DNA of 64,000 nt from Epiperipatus broadwayi (Eukaryota > Animalia > Onychophora): assembly GCA_028023455.1 (NCBI GenBank), contig JAQFVV010000009.1:17794001-17858000 (forward strand), given 5' to 3'. Position numbers and translations under genes: made by a program. The number at the start of each line of letters is the position of its first letter. The first letter of the stretch is position 1. Positions 36,688-50,249 of the stretch are shown one piece after another. The notes beneath the pieces are model-generated. The model ran no database searches. It was given only the letters and a program-made list of their open reading frames with translations, and had not been told where the DNA came from.

Positions 36688-37291
36688 TAGACAGATATGG
36701 ATTTAATATAATGTTGTTTTTTTTTGGAGATAGTTGTAGATTTATGCACAGAGAATATAAAGATTAAGATTACATTTTAGAATTTTAAAAGATTGGGCAA
36801 GCATGCTAAAAATGACTCTTAGATGATTGTCAGTTTTTTCATGGTCGGAACAGTGATAATATGTCATGTCAGAATATGATAATCATAGATAGGACTACAA
36901 TGATTAGTGATTCTTGTACAGGTGATTCATAGTTTACTCATTAATAGAGGACTTAAATTAAAAAAAAAGAGTTGTAGAAAGTTATTAGTATGCAGTTTAC
37001 CCAAACTAAGTGTTTAATAGAAAATATATCTGAAGAATGGAGTTTGAAAATTTATATGAATGAAATATTTGTTAAATTTATAAATTTATAAAAAAAGATT
37101 AATAAAACTTCATAATTGAAAAATATCACCAGTTATAAAGTAAATGATCTTATTCTACAATATGAATGAAGTACACAAGCCTGAATGTATCTAGAAAATA
37201 AGGTTTTCCTAATCAAAAATATTGTTTAACTCTTGTAGATGCTGTATACATTCATGTTAACAAATGATTTGGAAATCAGTATACTATAGAG

Positions 37292-37786
37292 CAGGGGTGG
37301 GCAATTGTTTTGGCTTGGGGGCCACAGAGATTGATGGAGGGCCATATCAAGGGCCACTTTGTGGAAGTGAAGGTTAATGGAGGGCCACACCTTTTTTTCA
37401 TGATACAATAAACACAATGATTTATTCCCTGTATTATCAAAGAAATATTGATTTGTCCATTCTTCATTAAACACACGGCATTCATCACCGATTTGACATT
37501 TTTTTAGATGCTTCATGGTTTCACTAAAGTTGGAAATGTATATATTTGCTAATGCAAAGACAAAATTGTAATTAACCAGATCAACTGGAAAAGCACTGCA
37601 CATCGTATCTACACTGTGCATGGGTATTGAAGTGGTTGTCCTAGTGGGAAATACAAGATGAATCTTCGGTCGTGCATGGGAAGGAAATCTCAGGTCAAGG
37701 TGGATTTTTCTGATTGTCTTGCTGGGCCACATAAAAGCTCTTAGAGGGCCGCATGTGGCTCGTGGACCACTATTTTCCCACCCCTG
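37292..37786 (-). mobile_element. Non-autonomous hAT (Buster/SPIN-like) element, ~495 bp
   Basis: TIRs caggggtgggcaa / tttcccacccctg, exact 8-bp TSD ctatagag (37284-37291, 37787-37794). Contains ECRVFNEEWTNQYFF...SLCLL (track ORF 37226..37732). Confidence 0.9.
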
Positions 37787-38599
37787 CTATAGAGGGAGTT
37801 TTTAGTTAAAGCATTTTGATAAAGAAAACTGAGTTTTTTTTCTTTTCTTATTGAATAATTCATTTTGGAAAAAAGTTAGCTTCTTTTAGAATTGTCAATT
37901 TGAGATAATTATCTTATTTGTTGGCATCTGTGTGCCTATTTATTGAAATTTTTTTATACTCTTAGATAGAATATATAATTTTTTTTAGAGATAAAGCAAT
38001 ATTTGATAATCCTTTTTTACTAGGATTTCCCCCAATACATTATTCATTAGTACTCATATAGAAACTAATATTAAATATGATTTCATAAAATTGAAAATAA
38101 TAATAATAATAATAATAAAATGGATTTTGTTCATTTAATATATAAAATGTTAATTGAACAAAGTCTATTTCTGATTTTTTTTTTTTTTGTCTTTCATAAC
38201 TATTTGTATTTTGTTGTTGTGCCATATCTGTTATCATATATTAATACAGTGAAACAAAGCAACTTTTGTTTTATTCTCTTAAGGTTATATTACTTCTGTT
38301 CATAAGATATTAGTTAAAAGGTTGGTATTTGAATGATGTATTAAAAAAAAGAAAGAATTTATTAGGGAAAGTTTGAATAAGTTAAATAAAACAGTGAAAT
38401 CTTTTTTATTGTTTCTTTTTAATCACTATATAGGGGTTACATGAAAGAAAATTTGACTTTTACATGTGTATATAATGATCTATTAGAAAGATATGTTGCT
38501 TTTCAATTTCATAATGAAAATTATTATCAGGCAAAAGAAAATGTGACCACTGTCAGAAACAGTTTACTATTGTTTTTAACTATTTTTTAGCAGAAAATT

Positions 38600-39600
38600 T
38601 TAAATAATTTATTCTGCAAGAATCATTACAATACAATGATCCTAATCTTATAAGATGCATCTGTATAGATGTCATTAATTATGAAGTAGATGATCTTATT
38701 CTATTATACAAATAAAATACATGAATCAAAATCAAATTAGAAAGTAAGAAGTAATATTCTTTTACAGATGCAATCCAAGAGAATGCAAGTTGAGATCTGT
38801 TTATAAGCCTATGAGAAGAATTATTAAATCAGTTTGAATTTAGAGTGAATCAGTATGTTATTGTTCAATTTTTCTGTAGCATTGGTATTTAAAACTGATG
38901 AATTGCTTAATATTTCAAATTCAGAAGAGTCAAGTATGATAACTGCATTCATCTAAGGTGAGAGAATGAAATATGCTAATGTCAACTACAATTGAAAATC
39001 ACTGCTAAGATGGACCAACAAGTGTTATAAAAGATTGTAATTAATTCTTTGCTTTACAATTAAACTCATTTCACTAGAGAACATTTAAGTTTTATGTGCT
39101 GTTTTAAAACTCTGATTTCTGATGAGAATTAGGTAATGGGTAATTGGAAACCTATCACATTATTGGACAAATTATAATTTTTCTAACAATTGGAATTTAT
39201 ACTTACTAGAAGAAACATTTCAATCAAAACTAATTTAGTGAAAAATGTTGATGAATTGATATGATTTGGCAACCATATGATATTTTCTTGATCCAAATAT
39301 TACTCCACATAGTTGAATAATAACTATAAACTGTCAGACTTTTAGGAGGCTGATTTATTTCATAGGTCAAACTTTATTTCATATAATCTCATGTTGTTAA
39401 ACACTAGTTTGGTGAAAATGGAGATTGGTATTACATATTTTTTTATAGCTTTCCTAATTATCTGGATTTAAATATTATTGAATCTGACTATTTCTTGAAG
39501 GAATTCCATTATCAACACCTCTTAGAGATGTTGAAGCTTTTTTCTATGAATGATAGCATTTCAACTTGCATATAAGGCAAAGTTCTTATAGTGCTCCAGT
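38600..39600 (+). mobile_element. Highly decayed LINE (RTE-like) RT remnant
   Basis: Only scattered motif echoes (QFEFRVN cf. QCGFRxxR, GVK, and a YLG-like segment). Boundaries uncertain. Confidence 0.3.
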
Positions 39601-39665
39601 GCATTAATAAAAAACTCGCAAGTATTTTCAATATTTGATCAAACCCCTTTTAATATATATATGTA

Positions 39666-40402
39666 TAACCATTAGAAATCAGTCAACACTTAGACAATCC
39701 CAATGTAGATTACTATCAACAATCTCAAACTATTGTCAAGGCAACCTCTTTTTAACAATAAATATGGAATCTCACTTTTATTTATGGTCCAATATACTTA
39801 TATTGACACTAAATAGTGCAACTTGACCACAAAGATTGACATTGTTAATACTAAGAAGTTTAAATAAACCTCTTTAAACTGGTAAATATAACCTGACCTG
39901 AATGCAGACTAATAAATAATCAATTATAACATTACAAATTGCAATTATAATTTTCATATTGCACCCAAAGAATTACTTAAATAATAAGGTTTATTTAAAC
40001 TTCTTAGTGTCAGCAATTTCAATCTCTATGATTGTCTAAGTATTGACTGGTTTTTAATGGTTACTTATAAACCTATTTAACATATTATTTAAATAATACT
40101 TTGAGTGCAATTTGAAAATTATAATTGCAGTTTGTAATGTTATAATTGACTTTATTAATCAGCATTCAGAACAGGTTATATTTACCTGTTTAAGGAGGTT
40201 TATTTAAACTTCTTAGTATCAACAATTTCAACCTCTGTGGTCAAGTTGCAATCTTTAGTGTCTATATAAGGTGTTGGACCATAAATAAAGGTAGAATTTC
40301 ATCTTTATTGGTTAAAAAGAGATTACCTTGACAACAGTTTGAGATTGTTGATTGTTATCTATATTGGGATTGTCTAAGTGTTGACTGGTTTGTAACAGTT
40401 AC
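39666..40402. repeat. Foldback element: ~320-bp inverted arms with a deleted direct copy as spacer
   Basis: Arm 39666-39988 is the imperfect reverse complement of arm 40082-40402 along its whole length (for example cagtcaacacttagacaatcccaat / attgggattgtctaagtgttgactg). Confidence 0.85.
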
Positions 40403-43400
40403 TTCTAAAAACCCATTTAGCTTTGAGCATTATTACAGTTATTATATATATCGAAGAAAGGTATAGTAATATAGAAAAAAAAACTAGTTCAAATAAATGC
40501 AAAAAAAAATTGTGTCAGTTAGTTACTCTTATAATATTTATATATAGGTATAATCATTTAATAGAAATTTTTCAGTTATTAATATTTAGTAAATGTCATA
40601 GTGGACTTCAATATAATTGACTTCTGATTTTTTTACTAAGAAATTGCTAATCAATAAGAAAAAAATTACTATCATAAGTTATAACACTGCCATTATTTTC
40701 CAATTAATTTAAATAAAAACTATTAAAACATCTTATATTCGAGATTCTAAATGAATAGCATCCTTATATTTTCTTTGATGTTTATCATTACAATGGCAAA
40801 AGTTCTAAATGCTTTGTGAAAGTAGCCATTAGTTAATTTTTATCTAAAGAGAATTCTTATTAATATCATGAAAAATATTACACTTAACTTTCACTTTCAA
40901 GAAATGTAAAATGTAATATACCATATTCGGTTTTTGAATATATTTTTAAGAGAACCATTGCCTTTGTTAGACACTCTTTATAATATGGAAATACAAAATT
41001 TATATCCATCTGTTGATCTTTTAAAAAAATATATAATTTTAATAAATGATTTTAACGATAATTTTATAATTCATACATAATTCCAATTTCCACATAAGAA
41101 CTATGTATATCAATAGTATGATAAATTGCTCAAGAGATTATTTGTTATTAAAACAAGTTGAGTTTCCGTCTTATGAGTCTGAGTCTCAAATTCAAAACTA
41201 CCTCTGCATTAAAGTTAACTCTTGAGTCCAAAACTACTTCATCATTAAACTGCACAGCTATTCAAAGAATGATTTGAATAAATATAAGTATCACTTAGCA
41301 TTAAATATTAATTTGGTAATTTATGAATTTTCTCATTAATTTACAACTAGTGAGTATGAAATTTGTTCAGTGTTTATTTTTTAAAACTATCTTTATTAAG
41401 AGGAAGAAAGCAATAAAATTATTCTTGTATATTATAAATAGAAATTTTTGTAAACAAGCAGAGTTCCACTTATGTGATCATTAAGAATTATTGATTTGAT
41501 AGTAGGAGACAAACTTTTAAATATATACACATCATAATGTTGGAGTAATTATTTCATAATGAATCTTGAAATTAAGATGCAAAACTTGCTGAAAGTTCGA
41601 TAAGGACCTCAAGGTGTATTGGTTAATAAGTCAGCCTCATATGATATGGAACTGGATATTTTTCAAGTAACTGAAGAATTTTCAAATAAGATCAAGATTT
41701 TATTTTAGATGAATAATTCATAGCCAGTTCAATTAACTATAAAAAATTAGTATATGGGTATATAGCTATTCTTAGCTTTGAGGATATGCAACATTATCTG
41801 ATGCTTCTTTTTTTTTGCTTCAGAATAAATTACTTTGACAATAGAGATAGTACAATAGAGTAGAACAATATGTGATAGTAAATGAAGATACTTAATTAAC
41901 TCTTGATATTTATTCACTAGTTGTTACTGCTTTTTTTTTTATATATATTGTAATGTTTTACTTTCATTTTTTTTACTTAGTTTGTTAATTTTGATGGGTG
42001 TGATATATAGTTAGGGGGAGAGGGGAGTATTAAAGCTATCGTTTATATTAAAGAAAATTAGATAAGAAATTAAATATCTATTATTTTTTTCTTTATAATA
42101 AAGTTAATGAATTTATACTGCAATCGTGACATTCTATAAAAGCTTCTATTTGTAGCTGAAAGACTTATTAATGTTATTTAATTAACTTCTTGGAAAAATG
42201 TAAATTATAAATTGTTTACAAAATTTAAAAACTATCACTATTGATGCATTTATTTGAGTTGAGATATACATAACATTCTTCATAAATAGATTATATTTGA
42301 TTAATCATTTATCAGTAAGATAAGAGAATTGAAATATTAAAAATATTATTAAAAATATTTAATAGTACATGTTTATAATAAAGCTTTTAATGTACATTTA
42401 CGGTAATGGTATACATAATAGGAGTGGTAGACATGTTAGCAGTCCCCCAATCAATTCAAGGGGGAAGGGGGGCTGTCAATTTGTCAGCTGAATAGAATGT
42501 ATTCAGTCTTTCATTTTCGTGTTTTAACATTGCATTAATGTCTGAGCAATATATCATGAGAAATAAATAACTTTTAGACTAATGTGAAAGACTCATTTAA
42601 GTACATAATACATGATGTGGTTCTAAATATCAAAACGCTAAAATAAATTAGATAAAGTTGATGGCATTCTATTAGATTACTGCCCTTGATTATCTATTAT
42701 TTTTTATTGTTTGATGTAGTACTTTGAGAATGGCCACTTTAAAATAAGATTATTTCATTATTGAAAATTATAAATTAATCAGCATTATAAATTTATTTAA
42801 ATTTGTATCTCTATCACTAAATAATATTCATTAAGAATTTAATAATTTATTTGATGGAATAGTATATGAATTATTAACTAAAAAATCGGCATCTATTTAT
42901 ATCAAATTCTTTTTAGAAAAAAAATTTTTATTGTATTTTTTAAATTTATTAATTATAATGAATTTATTAATAAAAAAATATTTTAAAGGTCAAACCCATG
43001 ATTTAGTATCTGACTATTGTTGAAAATTTTGTAAGTTAAAACCTTGGTCCATTATGCCTGCATATTTTCTCTTCCTTTTTTGATCCCAGAATTAACATTA
43101 TACAAATATTATTTTTTACCTGGATACATTGTTTTTTTTTTAATATTTTATCTTGTAGGTCAGTGATAAGACATAGTTGTGATGCTTTTTTTTTTTTTCA
43201 CATTGATAGTTTTTTTTTTTAAAAAAATTGAAATGATATACTTTTTGCTTTCTGTCCTACTCTTTGAACTAAATAAAGACTTGGAACTCTGTTATTGAAA
43301 AACATTATAACTTTTTTTAAAAAAAAATTAAGAACAGTTATGAATGTTCTCTTTTGAATTTTGTTTTATTTTGAACTTTGTGTAATTAATGCCTGTTTCA

Positions 43401-44150
43401 TTTGTTACTCTTCTTTATATTTAATTGCTATTATTATGTTTTTGTTATGATTTTTATTTTTTTAAATAAAAGGTTGAAGAGAAAAAGAAGTTATGTTGAC
43501 TTTTTGAGTTTCATTAAGTTTAAAATAAAATATTCAATGAATAATTATATAACATCACATCTTTTAAACACCCGACATACTCCCAGTATAATTTCAGTGA
43601 TCATGCTTATCTAAAACAAATATCAATCATAATTTTTTTTAAATATATATAATGTTTAACATTTTTTTAGGATATGTAAATTCTTGATTCATGATTTTTA
43701 ATATCTGTTTTGTTATTTATAAAATTAAAATCACTGTAATTTTACTTAAATTATACATAATTATTGTGATATTAAAATTATGTACAGTAGTTTATCCATA
43801 TTCACAATCTTTATATCTGTGTTTTCATTTATCTATGGTTCAAAGAAATTATATATAAAAAATTTAGAAATTAATAATAAAAAAATTAATTTTCTATATT
43901 TTAATTTTTTAGTGTAAAGCACTAAGTACACACCAATATGTGTTACATATATTTTCAATTTGTATAAACTTGATGTGTATGTATCAATATTTATGCATAT
44001 TAAAAACATATACATGTTTATCTTCCCTTGATTTCTTAAATTGCATTATAAGTCAAAAATCTTGCATAAAAAATAAACAATTATAATGACTTCTTATGGG
44101 GAAAAAAATTAATGTATTAATTTAAATTCAAAATATGTACTAATTTGTCT

Positions 44151-44338
44151 TAAAAAATAAAGTTTAAATTGAAAAAAGTGTTAATTAATGAATAAACATT
44201 TTACTAAGCATATTGTTTTTAAAAATACTAATCTATAGGTAAAAAATAAAGCTTAAATTTAAAAAAGTGTTAATTAATGCCTAAACATTTTACTAAGTGT
44301 ATTGTTTTTTTTTTTAAAAAAAAAACTAATTTGAGGGT
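44151..44338. repeat. Two-copy tandem duplication, 89-bp unit
   Basis: taaaaaataaagtttaaattgaaaaaagtgttaattaatg at 44151 and taaaaaataaagcttaaatttaaaaaagtgttaattaatg at 44240. Confidence 0.85.
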
Positions 44339-46799
44339 AATTATATTATATAAAAATATTCAGTAGCTATAATTTAAAAAAAAATTATAATTTTTTCACT
44401 GGTCTGTCATTTTATTTTTCATGAAGTGAGAAGATATTTCCTGAATCATGATTTGTTAAAATAAAACAAGGCATGAAGAAATAAAATTAACTAACCACAA
44501 TGTACATTTTAAAATTTATTTTTGATGCATTTTATGTTCTATTATTATTTTTTTAATTTTATTTTTATAATATCTAATTAATAAACTGAATTTTTTTTGT
44601 GAGCGCTGTTAATTTTTTTATTATTAAAAAACAGCACTTCATAAATGTATTTATTTTACATAAATGTAATGAAATTAAACAAAAATTTGAAAAAGAATTG
44701 TAACATAAATTGATTACTGAAATTTTAATAATGTAAATGATTAAATCTTTTTTTTTTTTTTTTTGCTATTACTGTAAAGATATATTTTTCGATATTCAAA
44801 ATAAAAGATTCCATTATCTTGATATTGGAAACAAATTAAGAAATTATTGATTTAAAATTGAATAATAAATGATATTTTAAACTTATATTTAGTAAGATTT
44901 GATCACATACAGTTGATTATTAATTATATAATGCACGAAATCATACACACCCCTCATTTTTTCCTTTCAAAATAATGTAGTTATGTTTGTCATATTTTAC
45001 AATTACAATTAGCATGTTTTTGCCACACAAAAAAAAATAACATTCATAAGAATTTTAATCTATATAATTGATTGAATGAATATATCATACCAAATGTAGA
45101 CATTTTCAAACTTAATATTAATTCATTTTGTTATCAAACATGGTCAAAAAATGTTTTTGATACTTACTATTACAGAATGAAACTTGTATATATTTTTTGC
45201 TTTTGTAATCATTAACGATGAAAATCATTTCTACTTTGGATTTGTCATAAATGATAGCACTGATTATCATGCAAGGACACTGGATGAAAATCTGATAAGT
45301 TACATTAATTGTATTTTAATTTTATTATTAAAAAAATAATATTGTTTACTATATAATAAATAAACATTTTACTGTAAATTTTTAACAGCAATTTATTTTT
45401 GTTGTATGTAATGAAGTCACCATTCTATGAATAGCATCATCAATCTTACAAAATGGCAGTTGTTTTTAAGAAAAAAGTTTCAATTTTTTTTTAAAGATTG
45501 TTGTAGTGAATAATTTATTGTAATCAAAATAGTGGGTACAAATTGATGCTAATCACTATTGTGAATCCTTGCATAATGATACATTGCTAACTGAAATAAA
45601 GATGTAATATGCCTTGCTATTATCTACGAATTTGAACATCCTTTTTGTGGAGTGTTTTGAATTACAAATTTTGAGTTATACTAGGTGTGTTTAGTGATTA
45701 AATAAGCCATTAAATTGTTTTTATTTATAATTTTTAAAGGTTTCCTGATGCTATAAGTTTTCCCTATTTATATTGTTTTTATTTTCCACAATCTTCAAAA
45801 CTGATGAATTTTCTTTGTACTTGAAAATGAATTAGAGAAATATTCCATTCAGAATAATTTTTGAATTTAAACAAAACATTGTCTTCTAAGAAAAAAATTA
45901 GAATTTTAATCTTGTTTTTGTTACCTCTAGAATTTTATCGTTAAAGATTTATTAAAATCTTGTGACATTTCATTGTGGTCAAATTTATATTATAGTAAGG
46001 ATAACATACTGAAAACGGGTCCTGTTTTTGTATATAAAAATGCAAAATACTTTATAAATTTACATTTCTAAACAAAATTATATTTTAGATATCCAAAATA
46101 TTGTACATACATATATTATCTTTGCAACAATGATAACTTAGAAAAAGTCTCATGGTATATTGTTATTTTATTTGTCAGCTATGTTCATAATATGATATTT
46201 AAATCCACATGGAGTTTATTTAGCTAGCTGAAGATTTCTTAAGCAATTGCTTGTGTTTAGGATTTTTTTAATATCAGATGTACCAATCCTTAGCCAATTC
46301 AGATAGCCAGCCAATATTGATCAGTAAATTGGTATTTAGCTATTTTTACTCAGCTTAAGGGTAAAAATATTATGATAATCTGGATTGATTAGTTGAATGT
46401 TATTGTTCTGATTCTAAAAACATTGCCTGATTATAAAATGGTGCTGCCTTTACCATTAATTGGAGTATAGGGCTATACATTTATAAGGACTAAGCCTCTG
46501 GTTTGCTTTTAGAATTGAATTATCTTTGAATTAAATTTAGTTATTTGGAGATAAGTTGGAATATACATTTTTAAAATCATGACTAATGTTTAATAAATTT
46601 CTATTTTTTGTAGACATGAGAATAGAATAAAATTAAAGCAATAGAAAATTAAGTTTTATTATTCAAGTTAGTATTTTCTAAATCAAAAGAAACAGTATAG
46701 AAGAATAAAAATATTAGGCATATAATATTCTTTATGTTCTAAGTTTTTATATTTAAAAAAAAAATGCATTTAAATAAAACTTAAAACTATTTTAACAGA

Positions 46800-47150
46800 T
46801 AATTATGAAATGTGAACTTAGATTCAAAAATAAATAAAGATTACAATATAAAGTATGAAGAGAAATTTATTGAAAGCAAAAGCATTTGAGTCTAAATTAA
46901 CATTTCTGCATTATAACTATGCTAAGATTAAAGAAGTTAAATGTGAAATTGAAGGGTATCTGGGCATGTAGCAAGAAGTGAGGATAAACAATAGATTGAG
47001 GCAAGCATTGTCTGGATAATAAGGGAGAGGGGGTGTTTTTATAAAAGATTTAATTTGAGATGGTATGATAATATCAGAAAGTTTGCTGGATAGTTATGGA
47101 AGATGTAGACTATTGTGAAATAAATTATAGAGGATGGGGTTGTTAAGTAT
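46800..47150 (+). mobile_element. 3' fragment of an RTE-like LINE
   Basis: GHVARSEDKQ* resembles WAGHVARxxDxRW; purine-rich LINE-like composition. Confidence 0.35.
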
Positions 47151-48805
47151 AGATGATATAAAATATTACATTGCTGATTTTTTTAAAAATAGATAATTAT
47201 CATACGTACAGATGTATATGTAACAGTTATGAGATAACATTAATTTAACACTACTTAGAACAATTTTAATGCATTAGGGATAATTTCTTAGAGTGCAATT
47301 CTCCATTCTGTTGTTACATATTAATCTAAATGTATGTATTTAATACTCTGATTGAAGACAAATTCAGCAATCAAGGCATTGTGATACTATGACCAAATCA
47401 GATTACACTTGATCATGAAGCTGAAAGTTTGCCATTATTTTCCAATTGCCATTCTCTTAATATAGTATAGTATATGTAAAATGTTAATTATGGGTTCAAT
47501 GCCTATAGGTGCATGACGTCTCTAGTACTGCTAAATGTTACATTATGTACAGTATTTTATAGGTAATGCATTAATATTCATTTGTAGGACTTCCATTATG
47601 CTTTAGCTTAGAAGAATTTGATACTCATGCTATCTGAAAAAAGTTTTGGAAAATGCTCAACTACATGAAATACATATATACAAATTGGAACTCTTGAGTC
47701 ATGAATTAAGTAGATAAATTTATTAACAATTGTTCTATATAATAGTTGTATTTATAACTACATTATAAATTTAAATTGAGAATTTCATTATAAAGTAATG
47801 AAATTTCTTAGTGAGTTTTATTCTGTTGCTAAATAGTTAAATTTAGAACAAAGCTGTATCTATCCATAACCGATTTTAAATTAGATAGGTATTATTATTT
47901 TAAAATAAGTGATTGAGAATACTGATACAAAAAGAATTTTCTTTGTAAAATATTTAGTAATAAAATAATTTATCCAGAAGACAAAAAGAAGTTTCTGAAG
48001 TTATGTTTGCAGAAATGAAATATTTTACAAGATGTTGAGAAACAAAAATATAGGAAGATATATATAACAAAAGATAGTGTATAATTGAACTTGATGTGGT
48101 GCTACTGAATATATTATCATGTTGTTTGGTAAACATCAGAATGTCATTTGGTAAATTTCTTTCTGTTATGCTTGACTACTTTAGGTATGAGCATTAGTAA
48201 TATTATTCATCAATTTATTCATTTTGGTTTACAAACTATTTCTAACAAAACTATGATAAATAATTAGAGTATGATTTGAATAGTCTAGCCAATGGTACTG
48301 AACTGAGAGCTAAGTTGTCTTAAATCAATTCTCAGCAGAATAAAGTAAAAAAAAACAAAAAACAGTTAGTTTGATCACTTGAATGGAATTGTTATGTTTG
48401 CATGCCATTTGGATGCCCAAATATTACACAATCTCTTGAACAACATATTACGTTATTTTCTGAATAATACTTCAAAGCAAATATATATATATATATTAAT
48501 AATTTTTAATGTATATATGTTTTCGTATTCAAATTTAAACATTTTGTTTTATGTATGTGTATATATATATATATGCCATGTCACCTTGATTTATATTTTT
48601 TATTATCACTTTATAGTTAGTTATTCATAAGTAGTATAAATTAATCATCATTTAACAGAACATTCATGTAATATTTTATTTACTAGATATTTTCACATTA
48701 AAATATAAGCAATAAACATCACATGATCACCATTTCTTATGCTTACTTAATAACTGTTATTAAAACAGGCAAAACTCTCTATGCATATTGCCACTCAATG
48801 CAAGC

Positions 48806-48856
48806 CAGAGTAATCAATGGATGCCAGAAGCCTTCTGGCATCCATTGATTACTCTG
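48806..48856. repeat. Perfect 51-bp palindrome (25-bp arms, 1-nt centre)
   Basis: cagagtaatcaatggatgccagaag-c-cttctggcatccattgattactctg, checked base by base. Confidence 0.95.
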
Positions 48857-50249
48857 TTAAATTGGTATTTATTATAATTTTATTTTATAATTATTTTAAT
48901 TTCATTTGATTTTTGAAAGTCTCATATTTTTTGGTAAAATGTATGTGGAAAATCAATTGGAGATTCCATTGATATCAAATGTATTTCACATTAATGAAGA
49001 ATGAATACTATTACAGAATGTAGTTAGTTGTTCCTTCCATCTTGTAGTTATCAACAAATACGTATATACTTGCTTAGTATTGTGTCACTAACTTTTTGAT
49101 TCTAAAATAAATAGATGTAGTATAAAATGAGCTTATAAATGAAAATTAAATCCAACTTATCTTTTATATTACAAAGTTCATGTATATTAAAATTTAACTG
49201 AAGTCATTTACTAAAAAGTCAACATTATAATTTTTAGATAGCTTGCATTTACCATTCACATGTACATATAAAATTAAATATCATTTATTGAATAATACTT
49301 GAGATTGACAAAAGTAACTTCAAAATATTTTAAAAACACTTTAAGAATCATTTTTTAGTAAAAAAAAACAAAAAGAAATCCTTGAACTTAATGTGTCTAC
49401 TCTCTATGGAATTTATTACTTCCATGAAACCAAATTGGTTGCAAATATTATTTAGTTATAAACACATCATTCATATTAAGACTTATCATAACTTAAAACA
49501 GTCTTATTATTCTCTCATTATCTAGAAAATGCACTTTTTCAAATTACATTTGCTTATTATACTAATGAAATAATTTACTTGAAATTTATGCCATTGTATA
49601 TATTTGCATATACTAATTTAAATAAAACCCATTAACAATTCCATATATTAATATATCTACTATCATTTGTTCAAAAATAATATTTGTTGTTGTGGAGTTT
49701 ATTACTATACATTTTTTATTTGTATCCATTAAATAAAAGTTTATTTTAGCAATTTCATTTTATATATTATGTTCTTCAACATTTAATATAAACTTAAAAT
49801 TTCAATAACTGTTCTAAAAAGCTCCCTCCCCCTTTTATATAACCTTATATTTTTAAATAATAATATAATTGCCCATTAAATTTTAATCAGATTAACATTT
49901 AGTTTCAGTATTTAATACTGGGTGTCCATTTTGATTGTTTTTTCCTTCATTTCAATGTGTTATCTCTTAATTTTTGACAGACAGACAATATGTATATTTA
50001 ACTATATAATTCTGCTTTTTCTTAACATTTTAAAGGTATATTTTAAAAAGGTATCAGTTGATAGCCAGGTAGTTATATTTTGTTTATCCCAAAACTGATT
50101 AGCAATTACTCTTATCCAAAACTTTTTTTTTTTTGTTTTTTACATCCAAGTTACAAACAATGCATCTGATATTGTAGTGTTTATATGAAAAAATTATTTA
50201 AAGATTTATAAAAATAGTAATAAATTTCTTTATTATGTTGATTTTGTAT

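Noticed and set aside
40700-41800. Additional minus-strand Gypsy RT remnant
   Set aside because: Only vague motif echoes; too decayed to support as a feature.
45170-45310. Possible exon (minus-strand frame ending at a gtaagt donor) or a signal-peptide-like MKLVYIF start on the plus strand
   Set aside because: The plus frame stops after 12 codons. The minus frame has no recognisable content and no compatible partner exon.
46258-46303. Possible exon MYQSLANSDSQPILI (phase 0-1)
   Set aside because: Weak donor, and the phase does not fit the downstream candidate exon without an additional unseen exon.
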